Assembly: GCA_001244265.2 (NCBI GenBank)
Contig: CDLV01000005.1
Coordinates: 2,418,001-2,482,000, forward strand
Direction of reading: 5' to 3'
From: Microbotryum violaceum
Lineage: Eukaryota
Length of the DNA: 64,000 nucleotides
In this document: positions 10,751 to 24,925 of the stretch, piece by piece
How positions within the stretch are numbered: the stretch's first letter is position 1
Layout of the letters: each line of letters starts with the position of its first letter
The notes under the pieces: generated by a model
Told to the model about the DNA's origin: nothing
The model's input: the letters and a program-made list of their open reading frames with translations, nothing else
Database searches by the model: none
Made by a program: the position numbers and the translations under genes

Positions 10751-13558
10751 ATGTTGCCACCTTGTAATCGAGCCCAGCCCTTCCTCGCGACCGCGAGTTC
10801 GACGTCGGGCTGGCTCGTATCTGGCCTCAGGTGGGTGCTCGTGCTCGCGCTGCACAACGCGGTCAGCGTGCACGCCTTCATCCCCGCCCAGCCGGTCAAC
10901 GATACCAGTTCTTTCAATCAGTCCCAGGATCTCATAACCGTTGCCTTCTACAATGGTGTCTACCAGTCAGTTGCACAGTCTCTGGTCTGTTGCATGGCCA
11001 GCTGCAGCTGCTGACTTTCTTTATTCAACGTCGCTCGCGCCTCCGTGCCTCTCTTTGGTCACGCTTCTCACCAATAACCGCCTGCCCCTGACCATTGCCA
11101 TCGCCAACGATACAACCGCGATCTCTCACAAAGAGCCCCCATCTCGCGACAATTGACGGCCGAAGCATTCGATGATCAGGGCAACTACACCGATATTCCC
11201 ACCATCGTCAGCTGGACCCGCTTCTCAAAGGTACGTCGATCATTTGATTTCGACCCCTTCGACTGACGCGCGCGCGCGCGTTGTCCCTCGTCGGCGTCCG
11301 CGACACTACATTCCCAAATTATAAGGGCCCCCCTGATTCTGGGAATAACGCGCTGACGCTTCTCCACTTCTCGCGCGCAGGGCGTCTTGGTTCATTTCGA
11401 CGAGGCCGATCGGAATCAAGGACCTTCGAACGTGCCTTGGATCGCCATGATTAACTGCGATACCAACGGCACCAGCTACAGTCTTGAGGACGACATTTTT
11501 ACGCTCACCCGTGACCAAGGCGCGCAGGCGGCGCTCCTGTACTCGCTGCATTCCCAGGTCCGTTTGACGGTTACGAGCAAACAGAGAGGACGCAATGCTC
11601 ATCGGGAGGTTGTGACACGTACAGGGGTGCCTAATGAACCAAGAGTATATTCGAAACTTCTCCAAAGTTCTCGACGTATACGCGACGACGACCGTATCGG
11701 CGTCTCGCATCATTGAGAACCAGTTCTTGTAAGTTCGGGGAAAGGTGATGAGAGCATTCTGGCGGTCTCTGACATATTATCCCGTGTCGATGCAATGTTG
11801 CAGCAATCCGGGTATTTCAACTTCGGCTTACAACTTTAACGCCTCCCTGCTCAACACTTCGGTAACGACGATCGACTCTCTACTCAACAGCGCTTCGCTC
11901 TACGTCACGGGAAACGTGCCGACCAACGCGTCGCTGTCCACTTCAGACACGGTCGAATCGGACAACTCGACAGAGGCGACAAAGACGTATTCGATCGACC
12001 CGACCGATTTCACAGATGCGACCGACTCGACGAGTTCCGCAACGCCCTCGGCGACACGGGTTAGCAACGTCGAGTCCGAGATCTTCCAGACCGCGAACTA
12101 CACGGGAGCCACCACTCAGCAGCTTCAAGCGGAACGGCGGCAGCGGATGCACGTGCTGAAACGTGCGACCGCGACGAGGACGAGCTCGATCGCGACTTCG
12201 ACGGGTGCACCAAACTACCTCGCAGCGGTCATGGCTGCGAGCAACAACACCGTCGGTGGGACTTCGATCGCTCAACCCTCCGCCACGGTCACGCCTGCAG
12301 CATCCAAGGGAGACAGGACCGGCACAAGCTTGGCTATGATTGTCAGGGCCAACGGGGATCATTCATGTGCGCACAGAAATACTGACGTACAATGCCTGTT
12401 CCCCCTTAACAGATCCTCTACGCTATCACGGGCATCGTGACGTTCATGTTTTTTGTCGTGATCTTGTCGGGAGCCATCAGAGCAATCCGACACCCCGAAC
12501 GGTATGGCCCTCGTGCGACGATGTACGATGACGATCAGGACGGTGGTGGAGGCGGTTACGCTCAAACGCGGACGCAGGGTCTGACGCGAGCCATTCTTGA
12601 CACGTTTCCTGTGGTCAAGTTTGGTCGTGGGCAGCACACTCGGGTCGAGACGGAAACGAGGGGTGAGCCGCAGAATGATGGCAGTTCCACTTCGCCCCAC
12701 AAGGCCGTGGAAATGGAAGCGGTGCGCAGCGCGCAGAGAGGGGAAGAGCCCATTCTATCGCCGCCGATACATCTCGCGGGCACGACCAGGTTGACGCCGG
12801 CGGAGATCAAGACGCTTCCGTTATCAGGCAGGATTTCCACTTCAAGCGATAGCCGCCAGACCTTGACCCATCGACCGAGCAACGCTTCCGACATGAGCTT
12901 CGTCTGCGCCATGTCGTCCCCCGAGCCTGCTCCTTTAGCCGCTGTTCACACTTCGATCCCCACATCCCCGACCTCAACATCCCCGACCTCTCCAACATCC
13001 CCGACGCCTCCCATCTCGCCCGTCAACAGCAACGCCTTGAGCTCCACTTCGGGACGTGCCGCCTTGCCCATGTCGACGAACCTGGGGGATGTCGATGACA
13101 ACATGACGTGCCCGGTGTGCTTGTGCGAGTTTGACGAAGGTGACGATCTGCGTCTGCTGCCGTGCGATGGCCGACATCGCTTCCACTGCGAATGCATCGA
13201 TCCCTGGCTGCTCAACGTCTCGTCGCATTGTCCCTTGTGTCGGCTCGATCTGAACGGAGCGATCAGAGCCAAGAACGAGCACTCTCGAACTGAGGAAGAG
13301 ACCGAGATGGACGAGGAAGAGGTCGTACGCGCCAATTTACGCGCCATGCTGCCGGCTCGACATCGTTCAGAATCTACGGCGAATCCGTCGTTGGGGACGA
13401 GTGGGGGGTCGAATCCGGCGGGAGGTGGGTCGTCGATCTTGACGGCGAACAAGTTTTTCAGATACGTCGCAAAGAAAAGACAACAAGGGGGTGGTACTGG
13501 GGAGGCGCAAGTTCCCCCGATCTCGCCTTCGAATGTCGAAAGGATCGCACCGCTCTGA
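10751..13558 (+). CDS. Signal peptide, PA-like lumenal domain, TM helix and RING-H2 E3 ubiquitin ligase (RNF13/GRAIL-like architecture), multi-exon
   Basis: Hydrophobic leader ending [15 protein letters not shown] and [10 protein letters not shown]-like segments; [44 protein letters not shown]2 CPVC...[18 protein letters not shown]...CPLC. Confidence 0.88.
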
Positions 13559-13973
13559 TTTCCGCCGCAGCGGGCTACCTCGTTCGGAAGTTGACTTATG
13601 TTCCCGCCTCTTGTCATCTGTTGTTTGTTCTTCCTGGGCCATTTTTGTTGTGTATCTTCTGATGCTCCGTTCCTTTTTGTTGATGATAATCATGGATGAC
13701 CCTCACCCCGGTTTTCGGTTATGACTCAGGGACCTTTCTCACACTCTCGCATGTTAAAGATCGTGGAGCGCTTCTAACGATGAGCCTCTGCAACCTGATC
13801 CGGACCAAAATTCACCTGTTCGACTGAAGTAATTTTGCCGAGATCGATCGAAATGATATGAAGAACAAGCGATGTTGCATCGAATAGGAACCCCGGAAGA
13901 CAGGAGGTGGCTTTTACATAGAGATGAAAGGAACAGGGCTCTGGTGGGCACGGCACGATATAAAACCTTTGAT

Positions 13974-15488
13974 CTACTTTTTGTACGCATCTCCGACCTC
14001 GGCATCGAGTTGTTGGAAGCTGTGAGATGAGAGAGTGGGAGAAGTCAGTTTTGGCTTTGAGTGATGCGGTGCTTGTGGAGGAGATGGCTTACAGGGGAGA
14101 AGCTGGTAGAGAAAAGTTGGGTCGAGCGCGCAAATAGAGGCAGAATGTCAGTGAGTACTTCACGAGCACAAGAAACTTATCACAGAACAAGGACTCACCC
14201 ATGAAGTATCCCGAACGTTCCGAACCGGTCTCTGAAGGTGAAGGCAGCCTCTGAGGTAAAGTACAAGATGACGTGAGGAGTTGGCCGCTCGGCAGGACAA
14301 CACTGCGCCCGAATGACTTACGGGCTTCATCGATGAGAACGGGGGTGCCTGCCGCCTTTGCAAGAAGTGCGACTTGGCACTGAGCCTCGAGCATGACGAA
14401 CCAGTTGAGCGCCGAATCGATCGATTGGCCCGCGGTTAAGATGCCATGATTCTGCAAGATGATGGCCTTATTCTGCCCCAACGTCTTGGCGATCAAGTCC
14501 CCTTCACCTCCCGACACGACGACACCGCCGAATTAGGTTAGGAGAGAGATATGACCGTAGAAGGAGCAGGCGTCTTGGGTTGTGATGGGTAACTCCTCGC
14601 CGAGGGTCGAGAAGGCTTTGCCGTACATCGAGTGAGAGTGAACGATCGCCACGACGTCGGGTCGAGCGCGGTGAATGGCAGAGTGGATCTGCGTTGAATT
14701 GAGCGAACGTCAGCAAGTGGATTTTGGTTTTCTTGGAAACTCGATCCGAGCTGACAAGGAATCCGGCGAGGTTGACGACGCGTCGGCCAGGTTTTCCACC
14801 CCCGATGACCTTGCCCTCATCCGACACCAGAATCAGATCCGACACGGTCATGACTGTTGCAGAGCAGGAGTATAGGGTAAGCACAGGCTCGGAAAAAGAT
14901 CACAACGCCAAGTCGACGCACCACTCATAGCGAGACCGAAGGGGTTGACCTATATCGAAGCCCGCGTGAGGATCAGCAGCGAGCAGTTTCGCCACCGAGA
15001 TCCAAAGTCGAACAAAGTCCACTGTCTGTAACTGACCCAAAAGTTATGAGGGTTCTCGGGATCGCGAACGGTCAAATGTCCAGCTTATCAATGCATGAAT
15101 GAGGTCAGTTACGGTGAAGTGAAGCATTCGATGGCTCAGCGGCTTAGCCTCTGTGCCGGCAAGCACGCCGAGCTCCAGTCGCTCCTCGGCGCGCGATCGG
15201 GGTGGGGTCGAAAAGTGTGGAGTTGGTTTTGGGCCCGGAGCTGAGATTCCGCCACTTGGGAACAGGAAAGGATAGGCCGTGCGGGGGGAAACGCACGACA
15301 TGGTGATCAAAGCCCAATCGTCCAATGATCCTCAAAGCCGCAGCGAGTCGTTCTTTGAGGTACTTCCTCTCGTCCTCGACGTTGTCGAACTTGGGCGGTT
15401 CGGTCAACTCCTTGAGCGAGCCGCCGTAGTCGAACCCCTTTGCGTTCTCCTGCACATGGTCTGAGGATCCGTTGCCGACTTTGGACAT
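13974..15488 (-). pseudogene. Class II aldolase/adducin-domain protein pseudogene
   Basis: Spliced motifs ERKYLKERLAAALR, GHLTVRDP, FWVNPFG, IHSAIHRARPDV, HSHSMYGKAFS, ILQNHGILT; in-frame TAA at 14533-14535 (LLT*FGGVV) and a frameshift near 14230-14236 (AAFTF / ETGSERSGYF). Confidence 0.82.
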
Positions 15489-16676
15489 GGTGAAGATGGA
15501 TTGAGAGTGATGGAGTGCTGTAGTGATGTAGTGAGGATGGGTAGGGCGGTGTTGTAAGTGGTGGCTGGGTGGTTGGAGAGAGGGAGAGGACAAAAGTGTG
15601 GAGACGTCCTCGAGCCCGGCTGTCTTATGGACCGGTGAGCTCTGGTTGCTCGCGCTTGGACCCATCGGGGCGTTCGGCTTCGTCTCGCTGACCATTTTGG
15701 CCAGGTGTCGCCAGATCGAGAACAGCTTTCAAATTCGTCCGCGGTTTCGTGGTAATTGAAAAAAACAATCATCATCCTGGAAATCAGTAGAAAAACGTTG
15801 ACGGGATCTCACTGCGAGACCGACTAGGTTCCTCATCATTGTTTCCATCCAAGCCTGCTGCTTTCAAGTGCCATATGCATATGCAACCCGTTCAAGCACC
15901 GCTGCCACAAACACACCACGGACAAACCACAAATACATTCTGTAGCTCTGTAAAAATCAGCGATACGCACTACTGTTCCTGGAAGGAATTTGCCGCCGAA
16001 CGGGCAGTGCTGCAATTTTAAGCGAGGTATGCGTTCGGGCCAGGGCCATGATCAATTTCAAGCGCTCTGAAGCCGCGGAGGCTGCGGGAAGCCCGGGACG
16101 CATAGCGCTTACCTCTCTCGAGACGTGTTCACGCGTGTGGCGCTTTGTCTTTGATCCAAGTGCCCGTGTACGAACTGTATCAAAGCAACTTTTCTCCCTT
16201 CTTGTGATCGCTCGTCCACCTCGTCGTACAACCTCTCGACCTCGCCTAACCCTACTCTACACCACTCCTCGCGACCTCTTCCAGTCTTAACGCTTCCCTC
16301 CGCAAGCCAGAACCTCGCGCTCCCTCTCCTCTTCCGCAACGTCCCTGTGCCGCGTACCCGAGCCCGTAACGACACCTCGAGCTGTTGCAGACATCGCACA
16401 GTACCTCGTCTGTCTCTGTTGTATTGGACACGTGTGACAAGTGTGAGTCGCGCGGCGCTGGCGACTGGCCAGCTCATTGTCGTTCGCTCCGCTGACCAGA
16501 CTGTAAACCGCACCCTTTTCTCCACCTCGCAATCGATCGTTGTCGTCGTCGGCTCGCCCGAAACTCGTGTCGCCGCCTCTGCCACGACCGATATTCTACT
16601 CGATAAATTATTTTTCAATTTCCCTCATTCATTTCAACCAGTTTGGGTTGTACTCGACCTTGTCTGAACTCGCAAC

Positions 16677-19600
16677 ATGGCGCCTTCACAACCCGCATCG
16701 CCGGCGTCGTCGACCTCGGCTGATGAACCGAGCAACGCTGCTATGGCTTCCTCGCTCGCTGGTCTGCCCGTGCGCACCAACACCACCTCCAACGACCCGA
16801 GCAATGGCGCTAACAACAGCACCGACAATTCGGAAGCCAAGGCCCAATCCGGCCAGCTCAAGGACTTTTTGGACCTCGCCGTACGTCGCTTGTCGCTTAC
16901 CGTTTTCCTTACCGTAATCGCCATCGTTACCACCGGCCGCGCTCTCGCCTTAGCCGCGAGAGCTGGAGCTCGCTGCTCGCCCACACACCCAACCACACTC
17001 GCCCCTCAACCAAACTCGCGGAAGCTCGGACTAGTCCGATCTGTCTCTGATCCCACTTGCGGAAAGCTGACCTGCATTTTTTTTTATTTCCCCCCGTTTC
17101 TTGCTCTGCTTCCACTCTTTGTCTTCACAGACGGCTCGAGGTGGTTCCCAGCAGCCCGCCGATATTGCCGCGGTAAGTTGTAATCTTGCCTACTTGCGTG
17201 CGAGACTCACGAGCGCCATGCGGAGTCGCCGTGCGACATTGCAATCAGGAGAGCCGGTCGGGTCCTCCTGCAAAGCCGACGGCCGATCCGCTCTTTCGAT
17301 GTCCCGCTCGCGCGCCATTTTCTGTCTCACCTTGCTACGGATATGGCGAACTGACCTCTTCCGCCTATTGCGCTCGGTCCTTTTTATATCATGCCTGCAG
17401 CGTCTCGAGCAGAAGCGACTCGAACACGAGAAGCAACGTGAGCTGCAGAAGAAGGCATTCGAACAGCAGGTGCGTCAAACTTCTCTTTCTCCCGTTTTCC
17501 TTGTCGCGGATATGTCCCATCGCGTGTTGCCAAGGTTCGGGCCACGGATTCCTGCTTGCCTGCTCGAAGACCATGGCGGCGAGGCGATCCATGGGATCTC
17601 CTCTCCTCTCGATCGACCTCCTGACGACTGCCACGAAACCCAACGAAAAAGGCCTTTGCTGCGAGGAACACGGTGCGGATATGAACTCATAGAAGGGCTT
17701 GCTGACCTCCCGTTCTTGTGCTTCTTGTCGTCCCTTCCCTCACACGATCGCTCGACTGCGCAGATGAAGCAACTCGAACTCGAGCAAGAGCGGGAAGAGC
17801 GCGAGCTCATGGGCGCCAATGGCACCTCTTCCGGCGCCGCCGCTGAGGACTCTAAGCCAGTTCGTTCCCGGTCGGGCAACGATCTTGCCTCGTTTAACGA
17901 CGGTCGCTCGGACCAGTACGCGAACGCCAAGTCGCTCCCTGCCACTCGTCGTCACTCGGGCGAGGGTAAGCAGGAAAAGGCCGCCGGTGTTGTCGGTTCT
18001 GGTGCAACCGCGCCTGGCGACGGGGCCAAGCCCCCGCGAAAAGGTGCTGAGGGTCAACCGATGCTCAACAGCTTCCTGTTTGACGATGAGCTCGATGCCG
18101 ATCTGCAGAGTGAGTCATAGCTGCGCCGTGAAGCCCTACACTTGGGGAAGAGCTGCCCCCTATTTCTTGCGCTGAAGACGAGGCCGACCTGACACGTCGC
18201 GTTTGCTCCTTCCCTTCTTCCATTCCTTGACCCACACTAGACTCGGCCTGGGGCGGCAAGTACTTGCAGATGAACACCGACGACGACAAGTTCCCCATCC
18301 TCGTCCGTCGCGATTCGTACCCTGGCATCCTTTCGGCCTCTTCCGCTGCACTCGACCTCGCCCCCTTGTCGCAGGCGCCATCGCACGCAACTCGCGCGTT
18401 CGGTCCTGGTGGTCGCGCGGCGCCGTCCGAATGGCCTCAGTTTCAAGGCGGCCAGAACGGCGCCAACAAGGCCGATGGTCAATCAAATGAGGGAGCTGCG
18501 AACGCCTCGACCCCCGGCTTGACGGAACGTCATCGTTCGGTCACAATCGACGCCTCCCCTTCGGGAGCGACATCGTCCTCGACTGGCGCCAGTTCGAACA
18601 GTCCCTTGCCCGTTCGATCGGGCACGGGTCAGTTGCCTCCACCGAGGAGTGGTCTCGGTGCACCCGCGAGTGGAAGAAGCAGTCCCGCCCTTGACAAGAA
18701 GCTTGGAGCGCTAGACGCAATCGGTGCTGGCAAGGCCAACGGGTTTGGCGTTGACCAAATGACGGACAAATTCTCCAACGTGAGTTTTGACTGCTAGCCG
18801 ATGTCTTCCCGAGCGAATGTTTACGCTCGAGCCCGTCACCTTTGTCCACAGTTCAACATCGACACGAACGCTTTCGGGTCCGACCCCACCACGGGCCCGT
18901 TCGGTGGTTACGTTCACGACCACGGCGCCTTCGTCTACGATGGGAGTGCTGGGCAGTACGGCTCGATGGGCGCAAACCGCTTCGCCGGCCTGCGTCTTGA
19001 GGACCTTCAAGGTGACATGCTCCCCTTGTGCAAGGACCAATTCGGCTGCCGCTACCTGCAGAAGAAGCTCGAGGACGGCAACCCGGAACACCGTGACATG
19101 ATCTTCAACGAGATCTTCCCCCACTTCGCCGAGTTGATGACGGATCCGTTCGCCAATTACCTCTCGCAACGTTTGCTCGAGTACGCGACCGACGAGCAGC
19201 GAGACGCCCTGATCGAGTCCATCTCGGGTGAACTAGTGTCGATCTCGCTCAACATGCACGGAACCCGAGCTGTTCAGAAGATGATCGACTACCTCTCGAC
19301 GCAACGCCAAGTCCAGAGCCTCATCCTCGCGCTCAACCTCAACGTCGTGACGCTCATCAAGGACTTGAACGGGAACCACGTCATCCAAAAGTGCCTGAAT
19401 CACTTGCCGCCAGAGGATAACCAGTTCATTTACAACGCCGTTGCGACACACTGTATCGAGGTCGCGACCCATCGTCACGGTTGCTGCGTCCTGCAACGCT
19501 GCATCGACCACGCCTCGGAGTCGCAGAGGATTCAGCTCGTCACTGAGATCACGTACAACTCGCTCACGCTCGTCCAAGATGCGTTCGGCAACTACGTCGT

Positions 19601-20405
19601 GCAGTACGTGCTCGATTTGAACGACAACCGATTCATCGAGGCAATCGTGCGTCAGTTCTTGGGCAACGTCTCTGCCCTATCGGCGCAAAAGTTTTCGTCG
19701 AATGTTGTCGAGAAGTGCATCCGTGTCGCCGATGCGACAGGTCGACGTGCGATCATCGACGAGCTGCTCAACAAGCAACGCCTCGAGCGATTGTTGCGCG
19801 ACTCGTTCGCCAACTACGTTGTCCAGACCGCACTCGACTATGCCGAGCCCGCACAGCGCGCGCAGTTGATCGAGACGATCCGACCGATCTTGCCCATGAT
19901 CCGCAACACGCCCTACGGCAAACGCATCCAGTCCAAGATCCAACGCGAGACGAACGATCACCACATGGGCCGAGGCGGATACCATGGCGGACACCACGGC
20001 GGACACGGTGGCATGCATGGAGGGCACTTTTATGGCGTCCCCCAGGCCATGCATGGCATGCCCCCTCACCTACAGCATGCACAGTTCCAACCTCACCCCC
20101 ACCAAGGCTCGTTCATGGGCCACATGCATGCACCCCCGCACCTCATGTCGCCCGGTGGTATCGAGTCGTTCGGTGGCCCCGCGCCAGGCACGCCCGGTCC
20201 GACGAGTGGACAAGGTCGAGGCTCGCCTTACCTCGGTGGGCCACAGTTCGGCGCTGGCCTCCCGCCGCCTCACATGGGCCACCACCCGCAGAACGGCTCG
20301 CTCAGCTTCCCTGCTGGCGGCCAAGCCGGCTTCGCTCCCTTCCCCGGTCAACCGATGATGGGCGTCGGCGAAGCCTACGGTGCCAACGGCGGAAACTTCA
20401 TGTAA
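16677..20405 (+). CDS. PUF4: Pumilio-family RNA-binding protein, Puf4-type, 6 exons
   Basis: Eight PUF repeats with recognition motifs CRYLQ, NYLSQ, TRAVQ, NHVIQ, CCVLQ, NYVVQ, SNVVE, NYVVQ (Puf4-like code); TPYGKRIQSK; His/Gly/Pro-rich tail. Confidence 0.88.
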
Positions 20406-21357
20406 ATCGGAAAGAACGTATCTGTCTCTGTCTCTCTCGCTCGGCCTCTCAAGAATCAGCATGACCCTCCTCGTCGTTGTCGTTTCAGTTTCCTGCTTCT
20501 CGACATTTGTTCGTGACACCAATTTGCCCCTATCATCAATCATCAATCATCGCAAACCCCACTTGTTCTGTTCCTTCCTCTTTCTCCGTCATCACCGACG
20601 TACCACAACTTGTCTCCCATCCATCACCCTTCATACGAAATCCTCTACTCTTAAAAATTCCGCCTTCACTCTATTTGTGACGAAGAGCATACCAGCATTC
20701 TGCTTCTCCAAGACGGAACTACGATCTATCGGGCCGCGCGCCCTCCCTCGGCCCTTCGCATCTTCTTCGACGACTCGCCTTCCCACACAAGTCCCTCAAG
20801 ATCAACCAAACTCGAGGTCGGATGTCCTTTTTGTTTTGCTTTACGAACCCAAGAGCGGTGTTGTACTTCCCTCCTTCCCCCCATTTCGAGGCCCCAACAA
20901 CCCCTATTCTTGGGTGCCTTCTTCGCCTTGCTCGACATTCGGAAACAAAATCCAAAGGACCTCGACACTCCACTAAAACAAAAGCAAGAAACTCTATTTC
21001 ACAATACTTCTCTCAAGGTTCCCTCCCTAGATATTTCTTTCATGTGTGGACTGGTTTTTGTTGACACCGATTTTTTGTGGGAAGAGGGGGACGAGTTTGA
21101 AGAAAGGAATTGGGGAGAATCAAAGAGGGCGTTCGGTAGTTTTTCGATCCGTATTTTTCTTCTCTTTCTCTTTTTCCTTTTGTCATCGATGTTTATTCTA
21201 CCTTGTGTGCCCCTTCTTAACAGTTCACTTTCGACAGAGTATGGTCCTGATCCCGTGAGCTGCTCGGTAGTCCGCAAAGAGGCTCCTTCGGATCCAAGGT
21301 GCAGAGCGACAAAACCGAGATCGCCATTTCACAAGCCGACGTAGAATTCGTCGTTCG

Positions 21358-24300
21358 TTACTTCTTCGTCGCGGCGCTTCCTTTCCCCTTCTTATTCGCC
21401 CCCGCCGCCTTATTTTTGATCATCTTATCCTTGGTTATATCCATCTCCGACCCCGAATCGTCCCCCTGCTCAGCCTCATCCGAATCGACCACCTCATCAT
21501 ACAAAAGCGCCTCTTCCAAATCCGGCGCCGGTCCAGCATTCGCGATCTTCATAGCTGGTTTACCTACCGAATTATTGTAAAAAGGTACGGGGTGGTCGCT
21601 GGTGTTGTATTTGCGTGTGAAGGCGGCTTTGGCAGCGGCGGGGATCTTCTTGAGCAGTGGTTCACTGGCGTGGTCGCCTACGCCGAGTTCGACGATCGAA
21701 TCCCAATCTTCTTTGGTGAGGTAATAGTCGTCCAAGGTCTCGATGACGGAAGGCACCGCCTCCTAGAGGTCGAGAAGATGCACCTCAGATCAGTAAGCAA
21801 TACCCTGCAGGCCGATGGACCGGTAAGCATGTACTCACGGCACCCCTTTCGAGTATAGGCGTCACGATTTGTTGGAACAAGGTCGGGATGTAGCTCTGAC
21901 GAATCTCGCGACGATCGCCCGAGACGCGAAGTCGCATGTGGATCTGAACATCGCCCAGCAAGCGTCGCATCTTTCTTTGAGCCGAGTTCTTGCCGAGCCA
22001 GCTGTTTGTGACAGTCCGTGACGAAAGGAAAGTGAGTGGAAATTTCAACAGAGGTAGGGGAAGATGCTGAGAGGCTTACGCAGGGAACATCGGATAGCCT
22101 CCACCGCCATGACAGTAGAACGCCGGACGAACGCAAGAGAACATGCCGTGTGTGGGCATTAGAGACCAGTGTTGTTCGCTCCTGCATCGGCCTTCGTCAG
22201 ATGATGAGTCAATTGAACACAATGTCGCGTGACTAACCCATGGATCATCCTATCAATCAAATCCGAATCCGACAACGCATCCGCGGCATTGCACACGAGC
22301 TCCAACTTCTTGAGCTGTTGCTCTTTGCCCGAATACCGACTCGCCGAAGTGAAGTTGCCGCGCAGATAGTTCTCTTGCACGAACAAGGGCATGATGGAAT
22401 GGTCGTGGAAGTAGACCTCGAGCTTCTCGTTGAGCGACATGGCCGAGTTGGGTGCGAACGAGCCGGGGGAGAAGAGCTTGCCGTACAATGTCCAAGGCGT
22501 TTGGATCATGTTCTTTTCGTTCATCTTGGCACTAACCAGAGCCGAAGGGCCGTCAGTATCGATTGCGGCCCCCGCGCACCATCGCTCAAGGCCACAACTC
22601 ACAGTTTCTTGCTATCATCAAAGTCCATCGTCGCCCTCTGGCTCAACTTCCACGTCGACAGCATATTGACGACCTGTCGAATATCCGACTGCGACCCCGC
22701 GATAAGCTGGTCAACTGCATTGACGGGGATTTTGAGCTGCTCTTTGAAAGCGATCGACATGATCCTCGAACGAATCTCCGGGGGCGTCGGCCGACGGAAT
22801 GACATTTGGAAACAGGTCGTCGCGAGCGGCTTCATCTTGGGTGACTTGTTGTCGTTGCAGATGGCGATGATGGGGACTTTGGTCTTGCGAATCAAGGCGT
22901 TGAGCGCACCGACACCACCGCGATCACCGGCGGACATGCCGTCGACCTCGTCCATGATGATGATCGACTTCTTGTTGATGCCAAGGTTATCACCCTGGGC
23001 GACCGAAGTGGCATCGAAGGCGGTCAGTTGGTGACGCCATCCCCACGTATTGCCCACCACCACCCACCTGTTGCGATCCATCGTCTTTCTTGAAAAAGCC
23101 TGAGATGGTCGTGTCCGACGTCTTGGACTTGAAAGCCGACTGGGTGAGTGTGAATGCGCTCGACACTCGAAACGATCAGCCTCGTATGCTCAACCTTTCA
23201 TCCGGTGAGGCCCAACCTACCTCCAACAATTTCTTGCTCCTGACGTCACTTGCGTTCAATTCGAGGATATCGTATCCGAACTGCTTGGCCACGAGATGGG
23301 CCGAGGTCGTCTTGCCCACGCCGGGAGGTCCACTGATGAGCACGGCTCGGAAGACGCCCATCGCGTCTGGTCCCGGTTTCTTGAAGTCGGATTTGAGTGA
23401 TTTGGGCCTGCACGGAACGCAGGAACGCCCATATCGCGTAAGCATCGATGGGACCGAGAGACAGGGTCCGGGGCACGGAAGACTGACCAGGCCTCGAGCC
23501 ACTTGGACAGCTTTTCGACCGTCGACTTGTTGCCGCACACCTCTGACAACTTGGTCGGGGCATACTTGACGGTCCACAATTGGTTGAGCAGTTCACTGTA
23601 AGGTTTTTGCGATCTTTGAAAGCGATCAGCTCCTCCGGTCTACCCTTTTGCAATCGCGTTGGTCACTCACGGCCCGTCCTTCTTCTTGCTCATCTCCTTG
23701 ACCATGTCCTGCACCTTGGCCTCTTCTTTCTTTTGCTGTTCCTTGAACTTGGGATCGGCGGCTCCACTGGGTCGTTTGCCGATTAGCTCGAGGAAGGTGT
23801 CCTCGTTCAACGTCTTGAGCTTGTGCTTTTTGATCATCTCGAGCTTCTTTGGTCCGGCATCTTGGCCGAGGACGACGAAGGATGTCTTGGACGAGGGTGC
23901 TGACGTCACGCGGCTGCATGGTAGTCGTTGAAAGATCAGATATGATCGGGTAACTCGGTGTCGAGCCAGTCGCGCTCACCCTCCGTAGCGCTTGACGAGT
24001 TCCTGCCCCTGCTCGCGCGACAGACTATCCAATTCGCCGGTAAAGACGAAGGTCAACCCGGCGAGACAGTTCTCCGCACCGACGGGTACATCCTTGCTCC
24101 CTGGGATTGTTGTACCTTTTCAGCTTTCTCCCCTTGGGTTTGAGGACACTTGATACCAGTCTGACCGACCCACCTGGCGCAGAAGGCCCCGCTCTCGGTT
24201 TGTACGACCATTTGGGCTTGGGTTTAGCTTCGACCTTGTCCTCGTTATCGTGGTCCTCGACTTTGGCTTTTTTCTGAACAGGTGCGGGCTTGGCTTTAGC

Positions 24301-24669
24301 TTTCCCCTTGCCCTTGACATCATCGTCGTCATCGCTATCGTCATCGGTAGTCGGCACGATGGATTTTCGCTTTGAAGACGACCCTGTAGCGGCCCCATTC
24401 GTTCCTTTCTTCTTCAAACTCGACGTCGAAGGCTTATACTCCTCTTCATCCTCATCCTCATCCATCGCATAATCACCATCACCATCTCGTTTCTTCTTCG
24501 TGGCAGAAGCGGACGTCTTCTTGGCTGGGGTTGATCGCTTGCTCGACGAGGTGGCGATCACGGCCCCCATCTTGGTCGTTGTCTTGGAAGGGATGATGGC
24601 CTTGGTGCCGTCGTCCGAATCGGAGGAGAGCGTGACGCTCGCTGCGACTTTGCCTTTCTTGGCTGACAT
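21358..24669 (-). CDS. RFC1: Replication factor C subunit 1, multi-exon (an upstream in-frame exon from ATG about 24870 is possible)
   Basis: BRCT-like segment ([20 protein letters not shown]), WTVKYAP, Walker [62 protein letters not shown]. Confidence 0.97.
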
Positions 24670-24744
24670 GGGTGCAGAGTCCTCGAGGAGGTGCTGCTGC
24701 TGGTGATGTAAGGGATGCAAGGGATGGTGGGGAAGATGGGATCG

Positions 24745-24925
24745 ACGCGTCCGGGCGAGTTCTGTGGGATGGGATCAAGGTGAATGCCGTTATGAGCAGC
24801 AAGACTTGATAGGACCATACGTTCTGACGACATGATGGTCCAGTCGAGCGAACGCAGCAGCCGGTGCTCATGTTATGCACACAGCGCGTAATGCCGGCAC
24901 GCGTGACGAGCGAGCGGCGACGCGT
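24745..24925. promoter_or_regulatory. Cluster of three MCB-like ACGCGT elements upstream of RFC1
   Basis: ACGCGT at 24745-24750, 24899-24904 and 24920-24925; MCB boxes drive G1/S genes in fungi. Confidence 0.45.

Noticed and set aside
2296-14535. TAA-to-Gln codon reassignment suggested by two internal TAA codons at plausible Gln positions
   Set aside because: TAA ends several intact genes here (TRS33, PUF4, WDR83-like, thioesterase); eRF1 has standard GTS, TASNIKS and YLCDNKF motifs; the aldolase also carries a frameshift; conserved genes show no internal TAA.
20401-20408. PUF autoregulatory element (TGTAAATC) at the PUF4 stop codon
   Set aside because: Imperfect match arising from ATG-TAA; no clear cluster of UGUA elements in the 3' region.
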